Source: Fastidiosipila sp. (GTDB lineage Bacteria > Bacillota > Clostridia > Saccharofermentanales > DTU023). Taken from it: a stretch of DNA of 64,000 nucleotides. The stretch is from positions 69,563 through 133,562 of the forward strand of contig JAAZGO010000010.1 in assembly GCA_012511175.1 (NCBI GenBank), in the 5' to 3' direction. How positions within the stretch are numbered: position 1 is the stretch's first letter; each line of letters starts with the position of its first letter. Shown piece by piece: positions 44,817 through 53,173 of this stretch. The notes under the pieces were generated by a model that saw only the letters and a list, made by a program, of their open reading frames with translations, was not told the origin of the DNA and did no database searches. The translations under genes were made by a program, and so were the position numbers.

Positions 44817-45817
44817 CCCCGGTCCGCCCCCTGCGCGCCGCCGCGGTTATCGTGGCATCCAAGCCGCTTGACCCGGCTGATGCCGTGGAGGGTTTCGGCG
44901 GGGAGAGAGGCCGCATGCTGCCGGCCATGATCCGGGCGGGACAGGTGACCTTTATTGAACGGGTGATCATCCGCTTCCAGCTTGCCGGGGCCGCTCCCAT
45001 TATTGTTATTACGGGATTTGAAAATGACCGGCTGGAGCGCCATCTGGCCAGGATGAGCGTTGTTTGCCTGAATCAATCCGGCTGGAAAGAATCAACGGTT
45101 TTTGACGACGCCATGCTGGGTCTCCGCTATGTGGAAAGAAGCTGCCGGGGATGTGAAAAGGTGCTGCTCACCACTCCTTTGATTCCTTCCGTCAAGGAGG
45201 AAACCCTGGCGGCACTGCTGGACTCGACGGAAGCCATCGCTGTTCCCGTTTATGAGGGAATCGAGGGGCTTCCCCTGGCCATCCGGCGCGAACTTATTTC
45301 TGAAATTCCGCTAAAAGCGCCAGGCAAAAACCTGGCTGATCTCGCCGGCTGGTCACCGGGACAGCCGGAAAAGATCGAGGTTGGCGACCAGGGGATTCTA
45401 ACCCGCCTTGACGGTCGGGATGCCATTGCGGACCTGGAGTTTTTGCAGGGTGAAAAACACGGCCTGCCCATGCGCGTCCGGCTGAAGCTGAATCTTGCCA
45501 GGGAATCGGTATTTTTCGGCCCGGGCCCCGCGACCCTCCTGCGCCTGATCGATGAGACGGGATCAGTCCGGACCGCCTGCGTTCGCATGAAGCTTTCCTA
45601 CAGCAAGGGCTGGCAGATCCTGAATCTTCTGGAGGAAGAGCTTGGCGCGGTGGTGGTTGAAAGGAAACCGGGCGGCCAGGAGGGAGGAAGCAGCAAGCTG
45701 ACGGCTGTAGGCCTTGATCTTTTGCACCGTTACGAACAGCTGACCTCGGAGACGCAGAAGAGCGTCAATCAGCTTTTTGATCAGATCTTTGGGGATTTTC
45801 CTCAAAAAAAAGCTTAG
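44813..45817 (+). CDS. fusion protein: MobA/MocA(YgfJ)-like nucleotidyltransferase domain + ModE-N/LysR-type winged-helix domain
   Basis: Start overlaps the xdh stop (ATGA 44813-44816). The N-terminal about 200 aa is MocA-like but with an atypical glycine loop (VIVASKPLDPADAVEGFGGERGRM). The C-terminal GPGPATLLRLIDETGSVRTACVRMKLSYSKGWQILNLLEEELG matches the ModE N-terminal HTH pattern. Confidence 0.65.
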   Translation: MTPVRPLRAAAVIVASKPLDPADAVEGFGGERGRMLPAMIRAGQVTFIERVIIRFQLAGAAPIIVITGFENDRLERHLARMSVVCLNQSGWKESTVFDDAMLGLRYVERSCRGCEKVLLTTPLIPSVKEETLAALLDSTEAIAVPVYEGIEGLPLAIRRELISEIPLKAPGKNLADLAGWSPGQPEKIEVGDQGILTRLDGRDAIADLEFLQGEKHGLPMRVRLKLNLARESVFFGPGPATLLRLIDETGSVRTACVRMKLSYSKGWQILNLLEEELGAVVVERKPGGQEGGSSKLTAVGLDLLHRYEQLTSETQKSVNQLFDQIFGDFPQKKA

Positions 45818-45949
45818 GCCGGTTTCCGGATCGATTTTTCTGTCCGATTCATTTGTGACCGCTGTCAAAGGACACGCTTCCGCCATATTTCTGTGAGATA
45901 ATACCCGCATGTATCGAATCGGCCTCAGGCATTCAGAAAGGAATATGTC

Positions 45950-46447
45950 ATGAAAGAAGAGACCTATCAACCTGACCAGGGTCATTTGACGGGTGTCTCC
46001 CCAGCCCCGGCCCAGGTTCCCGAACCGCCTGTTCAGGCTGTTCCGGCCGTGGCGGTTCAACCACCAGCACTGCAGGAGAAACAGAAAAAGGCCCGGATCG
46101 GGGTGCCGGGTGTTACCGCCTTCGGCTTCACCCTAAGCATGCTCAGCCTCTTTCTTGTCCCTTTCTATAAGGAAGCATTCACCAACTATTTAACCTATGA
46201 AGGCGCCAGGGAACTTTTCCTTCATTATTACTTTTACGCTACCATCGGCCTGGGAAGTGGAAGTGCCCTCTTCGCCCTTCTCGGTTTAATACTGACTCCT
46301 GTAGGCATCCACCTTTCCCGGCGCCATAAAAGAGACGGCGCATCGCTTGGCGTTTCAGGAGTTCTCATCGCCATTGTTGCCATCATTCTGATTGCCGCCG
46401 TGACCGCTTCACATCTGATGCTCTACGGCATGATCTATCCCCACTAA
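45950..46447 (+). CDS. small membrane protein, Pro-rich N-terminus, unknown function
   Basis: 165 aa. It has a PAPAQVPEPPVQAVPAVAVQPP stretch, then 3-4 hydrophobic spans. No recognisable catalytic motif. Confidence 0.5.
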   Translation: MKEETYQPDQGHLTGVSPAPAQVPEPPVQAVPAVAVQPPALQEKQKKARIGVPGVTAFGFTLSMLSLFLVPFYKEAFTNYLTYEGARELFLHYYFYATIGLGSGSALFALLGLILTPVGIHLSRRHKRDGASLGVSGVLIAIVAIILIAAVTASHLMLYGMIYPH

Positions 46448-46467
46448 TCCTAGGAGTGTGAAACTGA

Positions 46468-48384
46468 ATGACAAAAATTGAATCGCCCTTGAAGCCGGAT
46501 CCGGACACAAGCGGTGCAGACCGGAAGCTTCAGATTGTCAGGGGCAAAACCTGGTACGACGTGCCGCCCATCAAGCTGTTGCGGGATCTTGTTTTACGGG
46601 GCTATAACCTGTACGGCGACCGCGAAGCGGTTCGATGGCGCGTCAGTCCGCGCGACGTTGCAATTGTTTCCAGGACTTACAGTGAGCTGGCCCGTGATGT
46701 GTCAAAAATGCAAAAATGGCTCCGGACCCAGCTGGAGCCCGGCAGCAGGATCGCCCTGATCGGTGACAACAGTTACCTGTGGATGGTGACCTGGCTGGCC
46801 GTGGCCTCGGGTTTTGGTGTCATTGTGCCCATTGACCGTCTTTTGAAGCCTGACGAGGTGGAGCCGATTCTCGAGCGCAGCCAGGCCGTCATGTTCGTTT
46901 ATGACGCTTCCTGGCACCCGTACGTCAGTGCCGTCTCTGACAATCTCCCTGATCTGACCCACCGTGTCGTCATGGATCGGGGCACCGTCTCCCAAGCAAC
47001 CCGCGACTCCCTGGAAATGGAACAGTCGGCTGACCGCAAGCTCTTTATCCTTGATGATCTGCTCAGCCAAATGCCGGATCCTGAAGGCGAACCTAAACTC
47101 ATGATGCCTGCTGATGCATCGGATGACGCAGCCATTCTCTTCACTTCGGGGACAAGTGCCAGCTCGAAAGCGGCCATTTTGACCAATCGATCGATTGTGG
47201 CCGATCTGCGGGCGCTGCTGGGTTCAGTGTCTTTCCCCGACCCGCTTTATACCCTGTCAATCCTGCCCTTGCATCACGCCTTCGAGAATACCTGCGGTTT
47301 TCTGACGGTTTTAGCTTTCGGCGGAACCATCCATGTATTTGACGGCTTACGCTACATCGGCAAAAACCTTGAAGAATTCAGGGTTCACCTGATTGTCGCG
47401 GTGCCGGCCATCCTCGATGCCATTCACCGACGTGTGATCAGTGAGGCGGCAAAAACAGGACAGGATAAAAAACTCAAGCTGGGAATGAAGCTGGCTACCG
47501 CCCTCTACAAAATGGGGATCGACGTCCGGCGCAGGCTGATGAAAGATGTTCTGAAGAAGCTGGGCGGCCGCCTGCAATATATCATTTGCGGCGCGGCGCC
47601 GGTTGAGCTTGAAACCCTGAAGTTTTTCAGGGCAATCGGCATTGAGGTACTGGCCGGTTACGGCCTGACGGAGGCCTCTCCCGTCGTAAGCGGCGGCAAC
47701 ACCCGTGTCAATGAATTCGCGACCGTCGGACAGCCGCTTTCCGGTGTGGAAGTGGCCATTGCCAATGACGGCAAAGGGGAAGGCGAGATCCTGGTCCGGT
47801 CCGATATTGTCATGAAGGGCTACCTGGATGATCCCCAGGCGACCGCAGAAGCAATCGACCGGGAGGGATGGCTCCATACGGCTGATATCGGGCGTTTTAC
47901 GAGAAAGAAGAGTCTTGTGATCACGGGACGAAGCAAGTCCATGATCGTCCTCTCTTCCGGCAAGAAAGTCTTTCCAGAAGAAATCGAAGCCCTTCTTTAT
48001 CGCCACGGAATGGTCAGGGACGCCCTTGTCTTTGGCCATCAGGGGGCGGGCGGCGACGTGGTGATCACGGCCAAGGTGGTCGTCAACCAGGAGAAAATGC
48101 GCGAAGAACTCCAGCGTGACCCGACGGAAGACGAGATGTCCCAGGCCCTTGCGGCCATCATTGCGGAAATCAACCGCGGTTTGCCGTCTTTCAAAGAGAT
48201 CCGTTCCTATTTTTTCAGCCTTCATGACATGGTCAAGACGACCACCCTCAAGATTCGCCGTGGTGTCGAGCTGGCCGCCATTGATGACTATTTCGCCCGC
48301 TCAAAAGCATCCTGGCAGTCCCTGAGAGGAAAAAACATTGACACGATTATGGTCCTCAGACAGCAGGAAGGACTTTCCTGTTAA
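46468..48384 (+). CDS. AMP-forming long-chain acyl-CoA synthetase family protein
   Basis: 638 aa. AMP-binding motif ILFTSGTSASSKAA, plus GYGLTE and TGDIG-like HTADIGRF. Confidence 0.85.
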   Translation: MTKIESPLKPDPDTSGADRKLQIVRGKTWYDVPPIKLLRDLVLRGYNLYGDREAVRWRVSPRDVAIVSRTYSELARDVSKMQKWLRTQLEPGSRIALIGDNSYLWMVTWLAVASGFGVIVPIDRLLKPDEVEPILERSQAVMFVYDASWHPYVSAVSDNLPDLTHRVVMDRGTVSQATRDSLEMEQSADRKLFILDDLLSQMPDPEGEPKLMMPADASDDAAILFTSGTSASSKAAILTNRSIVADLRALLGSVSFPDPLYTLSILPLHHAFENTCGFLTVLAFGGTIHVFDGLRYIGKNLEEFRVHLIVAVPAILDAIHRRVISEAAKTGQDKKLKLGMKLATALYKMGIDVRRRLMKDVLKKLGGRLQYIICGAAPVELETLKFFRAIGIEVLAGYGLTEASPVVSGGNTRVNEFATVGQPLSGVEVAIANDGKGEGEILVRSDIVMKGYLDDPQATAEAIDREGWLHTADIGRFTRKKSLVITGRSKSMIVLSSGKKVFPEEIEALLYRHGMVRDALVFGHQGAGGDVVITAKVVVNQEKMREELQRDPTEDEMSQALAAIIAEINRGLPSFKEIRSYFFSLHDMVKTTTLKIRRGVELAAIDDYFARSKASWQSLRGKNIDTIMVLRQQEGLSC

Positions 48385-48408
48385 TCGTTAAGTAAACAAG
48401 GAGGTCAA

Positions 48409-49611
48409 ATGATGACAAAAGCAGTTTGGCTGGTGAAAGCCCCTGACGATAACCGCGATCCCAACCTGGCAGCTTCATGCGCCGCTTTTCTGGAAGAGAT
48501 TGCCGGAGCGCTCGGCGAACCGCTGGTCTTTACAGAAGATCAGCATGTGTTCTCGCGACAGTCCGTCCATCTCTTTTTTATCGGATCGGGCGGATCGGAG
48601 CAGGTCTTCAAGGCAGTCTATGAAAGAGTGCCCGGCCCCTACATCCTCTTGACGACACGCTCCCACAATTCTCTGGCAGCCTCCATGGAGATTCTCTCCT
48701 ATCTGAACGAACAGGGCCAGAGGGGCGAAATACTTCACGGAAGCCCACAGGAAATGGCTGCCCGGCTGCGCACCCTGATCCGGGTCGCGGAAACACGCGA
48801 CAGGCTCCGCGGTATGAGGCTGGGCGTGACGGGTGAATCCGACTGGCTGATCAGCCGCCCGGTTGACGCAGATCTTTTGCGTGAACGTTCCGGCATGGAG
48901 CTCATTCATATACCCATGCCGGAGGTGACGGAAGAGATCGCCAAGGAAACCTACGAGGACAATGAATGGACACTCCAGCTCAAAGCCAGGGGATATGACA
49001 GCGGGGAGATGGAGCGGGCACTTCAAGTCTACGGCGCCTGCAGGCGGCTGGTTGACAAGTATATGCTGGACGGTTTTACCCTGCGGTGTTTTGATCTTCT
49101 GGAACCTTTTTGCATTACCGGCTGTCTGGCACTTGGCATTCTGAATGCGGAGGGAATCTGGGCAGCCTGTGAGGGAGACAGCCGCTCACTTGTCTCCATG
49201 GCGGTCATCGGGGAGCTGACCGGCCAGCCGGTTTTTATGGCCAACCCGTCGCGCCTCTACCCGGCAGAAAATAAAATTGTCTTCGCGCATTGCATTCTGC
49301 CGCTCAACATGTCCAAAGACTATGGCTTGACCACTCACTTTGAAAGTGGTTTGGGGATTTCCGTAAGTGCTGATTTTGATCCCCAGGCCTGCACCGTATT
49401 CAAATGCCGGGACGATTTTGATACCTATTACGCAGCGGATGCCCGCCTTCTTGAAAGCATGCATGAGGGAAATCTTTGCCGCACGCAGATGAAGCTTGAG
49501 ATTCCCTCCGGACTGGACTATTTTACCAGCCGCCCCATTGCCAATCACCATATGATTGTTCTCGGCCATCATCAGGATCTGGTTGATGAGTTCTTCCATT
49601 CCTATCGTTAG
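48409..49611 (+). CDS. L-fucose/L-arabinose isomerase-like family protein (function unclear)
   Basis: 400 aa. The segment GIWAACEGDSRSLVSMAVIGELTGQPVFMANP resembles the sugar-isomerase C-terminal core. Assigned by pattern recognition only. Confidence 0.5.
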   Translation: MMTKAVWLVKAPDDNRDPNLAASCAAFLEEIAGALGEPLVFTEDQHVFSRQSVHLFFIGSGGSEQVFKAVYERVPGPYILLTTRSHNSLAASMEILSYLNEQGQRGEILHGSPQEMAARLRTLIRVAETRDRLRGMRLGVTGESDWLISRPVDADLLRERSGMELIHIPMPEVTEEIAKETYEDNEWTLQLKARGYDSGEMERALQVYGACRRLVDKYMLDGFTLRCFDLLEPFCITGCLALGILNAEGIWAACEGDSRSLVSMAVIGELTGQPVFMANPSRLYPAENKIVFAHCILPLNMSKDYGLTTHFESGLGISVSADFDPQACTVFKCRDDFDTYYAADARLLESMHEGNLCRTQMKLEIPSGLDYFTSRPIANHHMIVLGHHQDLVDEFFHSYR

Positions 49612-49636
49612 CCGGGTTTAGCTGATTACCGGGCTG

Positions 49637-49668
49637 GAAACGGCGTCCCCGCAGGACGCCGTTTCTTT
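49637..49668 (+). terminator. intrinsic terminator
   Basis: GAAACGGCGTCC-ccgca-GGACGCCGTTTC is a perfect 12-bp stem followed by TTT, 26 nt after the stop at 49611. Confidence 0.7.
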
Positions 49669-49758
49669 GATGGCGGGTATGTTATGATGGGCTTGCCAAA
49701 CGCCCGGCCGATGGTTCGCCGGGATGGAAATCTTGTGTTAATCCAAGGGGGTATCGCG

Positions 49759-50961
49759 ATGAAAGTATCGGACCGAAGTGCCGCCATGCAGGCGTCACCG
49801 ATTCGCAAGCTCGTTCCTTACGCCAATGAGGCAAAAAAGCGCGGAACAAAAGTTTACCATTTGAATATCGGGCAACCGGATATCGAGACGCCCCAAATCT
49901 TTTTGGAGACGGTCAAAAAAACGGATGTCAAGGTGCTCGCTTATGCGGACTCCAACGGATGGGAGCCGCTTCGTGAAAGCATTTCACGCTATTACAAAAG
50001 AATCGGCCTGCCCTATGAGACGGAGGACATCATCATCACAAACGGGGGCAGCGAAGCACTCCAATGGGCCATGTTGATCGCCTGCGACCCAGGCGAAGAG
50101 ATCCTGGTCCCTGAGCCTTTCTATACCAACTACCGTGGTTTTGCCGCCCCCTACCTGGTCGAGCTGAAACCGATTACGACCTATCCGCAGGATGGTTTCG
50201 CCCTGCCGGACCGCCAGACCATCGAAGCGCTCGTTACAGAAAAAACGCGCGCCTTCGTCCTGTCGAATCCGGGCAACCCGGCGGGCGCTGTCTACAGCCG
50301 GGAAGAGGTTCGGCGCGTCGCGGACATCGCGCGCGACCGCAATCTGTTTATCATTGCCGATGAAGTCTACCGCGAGTTTTGCTACGACGGAAAAACAGCG
50401 ACAAGCTTCGGCTCAATGACGGATGTTCTTGACCGCGTCATTCTGGTTGACAGCGTTTCCAAGCGCTTCTCGGCCTGCGGCGCGCGCATCGGCTCACTGA
50501 CAAGCAAGAACAGGGATGTCATGACAGCGGCACTGAAGCTTGGTCAGGCCCGCCTGTGCGTGCCAACCCTTGAAATGATCGGTGCCAAAGCCCTCTTCGA
50601 CCTTGACCCGGATTACTTCATCCCCATTCGCGAGGAATATGAAAAGAGAAGAAACCTCATGATCCACGCACTCCAGAAGATGGAGGGGGTGCTCTGCGAA
50701 ACACCGGGCGGGGCTTTCTACGCGACAGCCAAATTGCCGGTTGAAAATGCAGAGGACTTCGCTGTCTGGCTTTTAACTGACTTTGAACATGAAGGCAAGA
50801 CCGTCATGCTGGCACCTGTTGAAAATTTCTATCAGACGCCTGGCATGGGACGCGACGAGGTCCGCCTCGCCTACGTGCTCAAGGCAGATGACATCGAAGA
50901 CGCCATGCGCATCCTGGAGATCGCGCTCGAACAATACCCGGGGCGAAAAAGCAAGGGATAA
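49759..50961 (+). CDS. class I PLP aminotransferase (aspartate aminotransferase type)
   Basis: ORF 49684..50961 trimmed to ATG 49759 (MKVSDRSAAMQASPIRKL). Contains NIGQPD, NPGNPAG and SVSKRFSACGARIG (PLP lysine). Confidence 0.9.
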   Translation: MKVSDRSAAMQASPIRKLVPYANEAKKRGTKVYHLNIGQPDIETPQIFLETVKKTDVKVLAYADSNGWEPLRESISRYYKRIGLPYETEDIIITNGGSEALQWAMLIACDPGEEILVPEPFYTNYRGFAAPYLVELKPITTYPQDGFALPDRQTIEALVTEKTRAFVLSNPGNPAGAVYSREEVRRVADIARDRNLFIIADEVYREFCYDGKTATSFGSMTDVLDRVILVDSVSKRFSACGARIGSLTSKNRDVMTAALKLGQARLCVPTLEMIGAKALFDLDPDYFIPIREEYEKRRNLMIHALQKMEGVLCETPGGAFYATAKLPVENAEDFAVWLLTDFEHEGKTVMLAPVENFYQTPGMGRDEVRLAYVLKADDIEDAMRILEIALEQYPGRKSKG

Positions 50962-51020
50962 AAGATTCGACCAAACCATCGCCGGGCGCCGCAGGACGCC
51001 CGGCGGTATCCCAACCGGGA

Positions 51021-51047
51021 AGCGCCAAATTGGCGCTTTGTTATTTG
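51021..51047 (+). terminator. intrinsic terminator (second of two hairpins after the aminotransferase)
   Basis: AGCGCCA-aat-TGGCGCT is followed by TTGTTATTTGT. An additional GC hairpin lies at 50981-51004 (GCCGGGCG...CGCCCGGC). Confidence 0.6.
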
Positions 51048-51088
51048 TGCATACCGCCTTATAATTGAGGCGCTCCATCTGTGTATGT

Positions 51089-52099
51089 ATGAAGAATAGA
51101 GGCAGTATGGCGGAACCCAGCGGGCATGTTCTTTGCTCAGCCGACGGGCTGATCCGATTGAAGGATCGGTTGAACAGGATTGACAAGTTGCGTGGCTGGA
51201 GTATCGGCGATTGTCATGCCCGGCAGGTGGAGCGGGACTGCGTTATCTACGAAGCCTTCGACAGGGAGGACCGCCCTCACTGGCTGCTGGCGGGTCCTTG
51301 GCGCGAGTGGCAACGTGTCGCCGATTTATGGGATCATCTTTGCTGGGTAGGCGAAATCGTAGAAAATTCATCCCATATCTTCCGTTTTATGGGAAATATG
51401 GTTCCCGAAATTGTTTGGGAAGGTGTCGAAGAGGGATACGTCGGCTATTCGGAGAAAAGAGAGGCCGCCTCTTTTTTTCAAACCATCACCCTTGCCAATC
51501 CGCCCCGCTTCGAAAATCTGGTCCAGTTAACCGGCTTTTTGCGCCTGCTTCAAACAGGCGAAAATTCTTTTGGAACGGAAGGAAGCGGCCTGATCCTTGC
51601 CGGTGCGGAGTCCCGGGCCATGGACCTTGTGGAGAGTCTTTCGGCGAGAATACCCCAAAAACCTGTATTCAGGAACTGGCAATCATTTTATCTGCAGAAC
51701 GCCCGGAGCATCTCACGATCGGCAAATTTCCGCCTGGCGCTCTCCTTCGGTTCTTATGCCACCCGATGCTTCACCTGTACCGATCGCGGGGCATTGCGGG
51801 TTGATTTGCCCTTTTTCCTCTGTGAAAAGATTGCTGATACGGATTTATGCCGGATCCTGCTTGAAATGCCGGACGCCAGCGTCCAGGATCGCCAGTACCT
51901 GGTCGACCTTTACTTCAATATGGCCATTCCATCCCATTTCTTTACGCTTCTGACGCATCACGCCATGACCTCAATTCTTCAGGATCTGATGAAATCAACG
52001 AAAGGCTCCACGGGTGAACTCCGCAATTTGAATCGCTTCGCCTCCTTGTCGCGTCAGCACGATCTCTTTCGGACTCCCGTTCCCTCATGGTATTTGTAA
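51089..52099 (+). CDS. hypothetical protein (no family recognised)
   Basis: ORF 51065..52099 with coding-like composition. Start is ambiguous (51089 or 51107). No motif I can name. Confidence 0.5.
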   Translation: MKNRGSMAEPSGHVLCSADGLIRLKDRLNRIDKLRGWSIGDCHARQVERDCVIYEAFDREDRPHWLLAGPWREWQRVADLWDHLCWVGEIVENSSHIFRFMGNMVPEIVWEGVEEGYVGYSEKREAASFFQTITLANPPRFENLVQLTGFLRLLQTGENSFGTEGSGLILAGAESRAMDLVESLSARIPQKPVFRNWQSFYLQNARSISRSANFRLALSFGSYATRCFTCTDRGALRVDLPFFLCEKIADTDLCRILLEMPDASVQDRQYLVDLYFNMAIPSHFFTLLTHHAMTSILQDLMKSTKGSTGELRNLNRFASLSRQHDLFRTPVPSWYL

Positions 52100-52272
52100 C
52101 GCACATTGTATTATTAATAACATAATATCCGCTATTATTACCACAAATACAGGTTTTGGCCGAAAAATTTCTGTTTATTGTGCCAGCAAAAGTCAATTGC
52201 CACAGGATATCAGCTTTGTGTATTGTTATGTAAAGACACGATTGGGTCGGGGCGCAAAGAAGAGTAAAGAAG

Positions 52273-52707
52273 GTGAACGCAGTGAATGGGATCCGCTTTT
52301 TTAGAAGAAAGAATCATATGACGCAAAGTGAACTGGCGGAAGTGCTCGGCGTCACACAAACCTCCGTCAGCCAATGGGAGGGCGGAAGGAACTACCCTGA
52401 TATCAAGACAGCCAAGCGGATGGCTGAAATGTTTGGGGCAACGCTTGATCAAATCCTCGGCGCGGAGGAGATGGATGACGCGCTGCTGAGTCCAGTGGCC
52501 TCCATCTGGCTGGATGATACATGGAACTCCGAAGACGGCGGGGATCTCTTTCCCCTCGAGCAGAAGGCGCGGCTGCTCGCGATCATGAACCGCCTCTCAC
52601 CGCTTGCCCGACAGCGAATCCTGGATCGTGCGGAGATCTATTTGGAGATTGAGACGCTCGACGCCCAAAAGGAGCAGGCCTCGGACAATGAATCTTCAGG
52701 CACATAA
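52273..52707 (+). CDS. XRE-family helix-turn-helix transcriptional regulator
   Basis: HTH_3 pattern RRKNHMTQSELAEVLGVTQTSVSQWEGGRNYPD. GTG start at 52273 or 52282. Confidence 0.8.
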   Translation: MNAVNGIRFFRRKNHMTQSELAEVLGVTQTSVSQWEGGRNYPDIKTAKRMAEMFGATLDQILGAEEMDDALLSPVASIWLDDTWNSEDGGDLFPLEQKARLLAIMNRLSPLARQRILDRAEIYLEIETLDAQKEQASDNESSGT

Positions 52708-52731
52708 ACATTCATTCAGCCCGGATAAATA

Positions 52732-52760
52732 TTGACAGATTTTTGGCGGTGTGCTACGAT
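52732..52760 (+). promoter_or_regulatory. strong sigma-A-type promoter (extended -10) feeding the mnmA leader
   Basis: TTGACA (52732-52737), 17-nt spacer ending in TGc, then TACGAT (52755-52760). Confidence 0.55.
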
Positions 52761-52766
52761 TACCAC

Positions 52767-53173
52767 AACCTCGATTGGATTACATAGACGGGAATGTGCA
52801 TCCGGAAACACCGGATTCACCGGAAAGTTGAAAGTAATCAAACAATGGAGTGTCCCGAGGACCGCGCAAGTGCGTGTGCAGTTGCGGTAGCTGAAGCCAG
52901 GGGTGCGTAACCCTTTCAATTGAAAAAGCAGGCTGACCGCAACAGAAACGCACCAAATCGTATTCTTGGAGCCGGAATCGTTCATGGGGTCGTCTGACTT
53001 TGACCGGCAAAGCGGCCAGGACGGGACAGGAAAGGAGGCGTACTTTGAAAGTACACCTCGGAGGAACGGGCAGTTGATTCCCCGGTCAGATAGGGAATCC
53101 TGCCCGTTTCGTGTTGGCACCTTCCGGAACCGTCAACCTCGACAGGCCGGGCTTTGTTTCCTAGACTGTAAGC
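52767..53173 (+). promoter_or_regulatory. about 400-nt highly structured 5' leader / unclassified cis-regulatory RNA upstream of mnmA
   Basis: There is no credible ORF. Hairpins read directly: 52800-52816 (ATCCGG/CCGGAT); a nested stem at 52870-52953 (GTGCGT..GTTGCGGT...ACCGCAAC..ACGCAC); 53035-53059; and a 16-bp terminator-like hairpin at 53065-53108 followed by TCGTGTT. mnmA has no obvious SD. Confidence 0.45.

Noticed and set aside
52767-53173. Identification of the mnmA leader as RNase P RNA, tmRNA, SRP RNA, a T-box, or a cobalamin/FMN/SAM/ZTP/M-box/c-di-GMP riboswitch.
   Set aside because: Only fragmentary resemblances were found:
- ATAGGGAATCC as in btuB leaders
- GTTGGCACC versus the T-box GGTGGTACC
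- GGGGTCGTCTGAC versus the ZTP GGGTCGTGAC

Hallmark cores (GAGGAAAGTCC, a ...CCACCA 3' end, GGTGGTACCGCG, GGTGNAANTCC...CCCGC) are absent or in the wrong order. The element is left unclassified.
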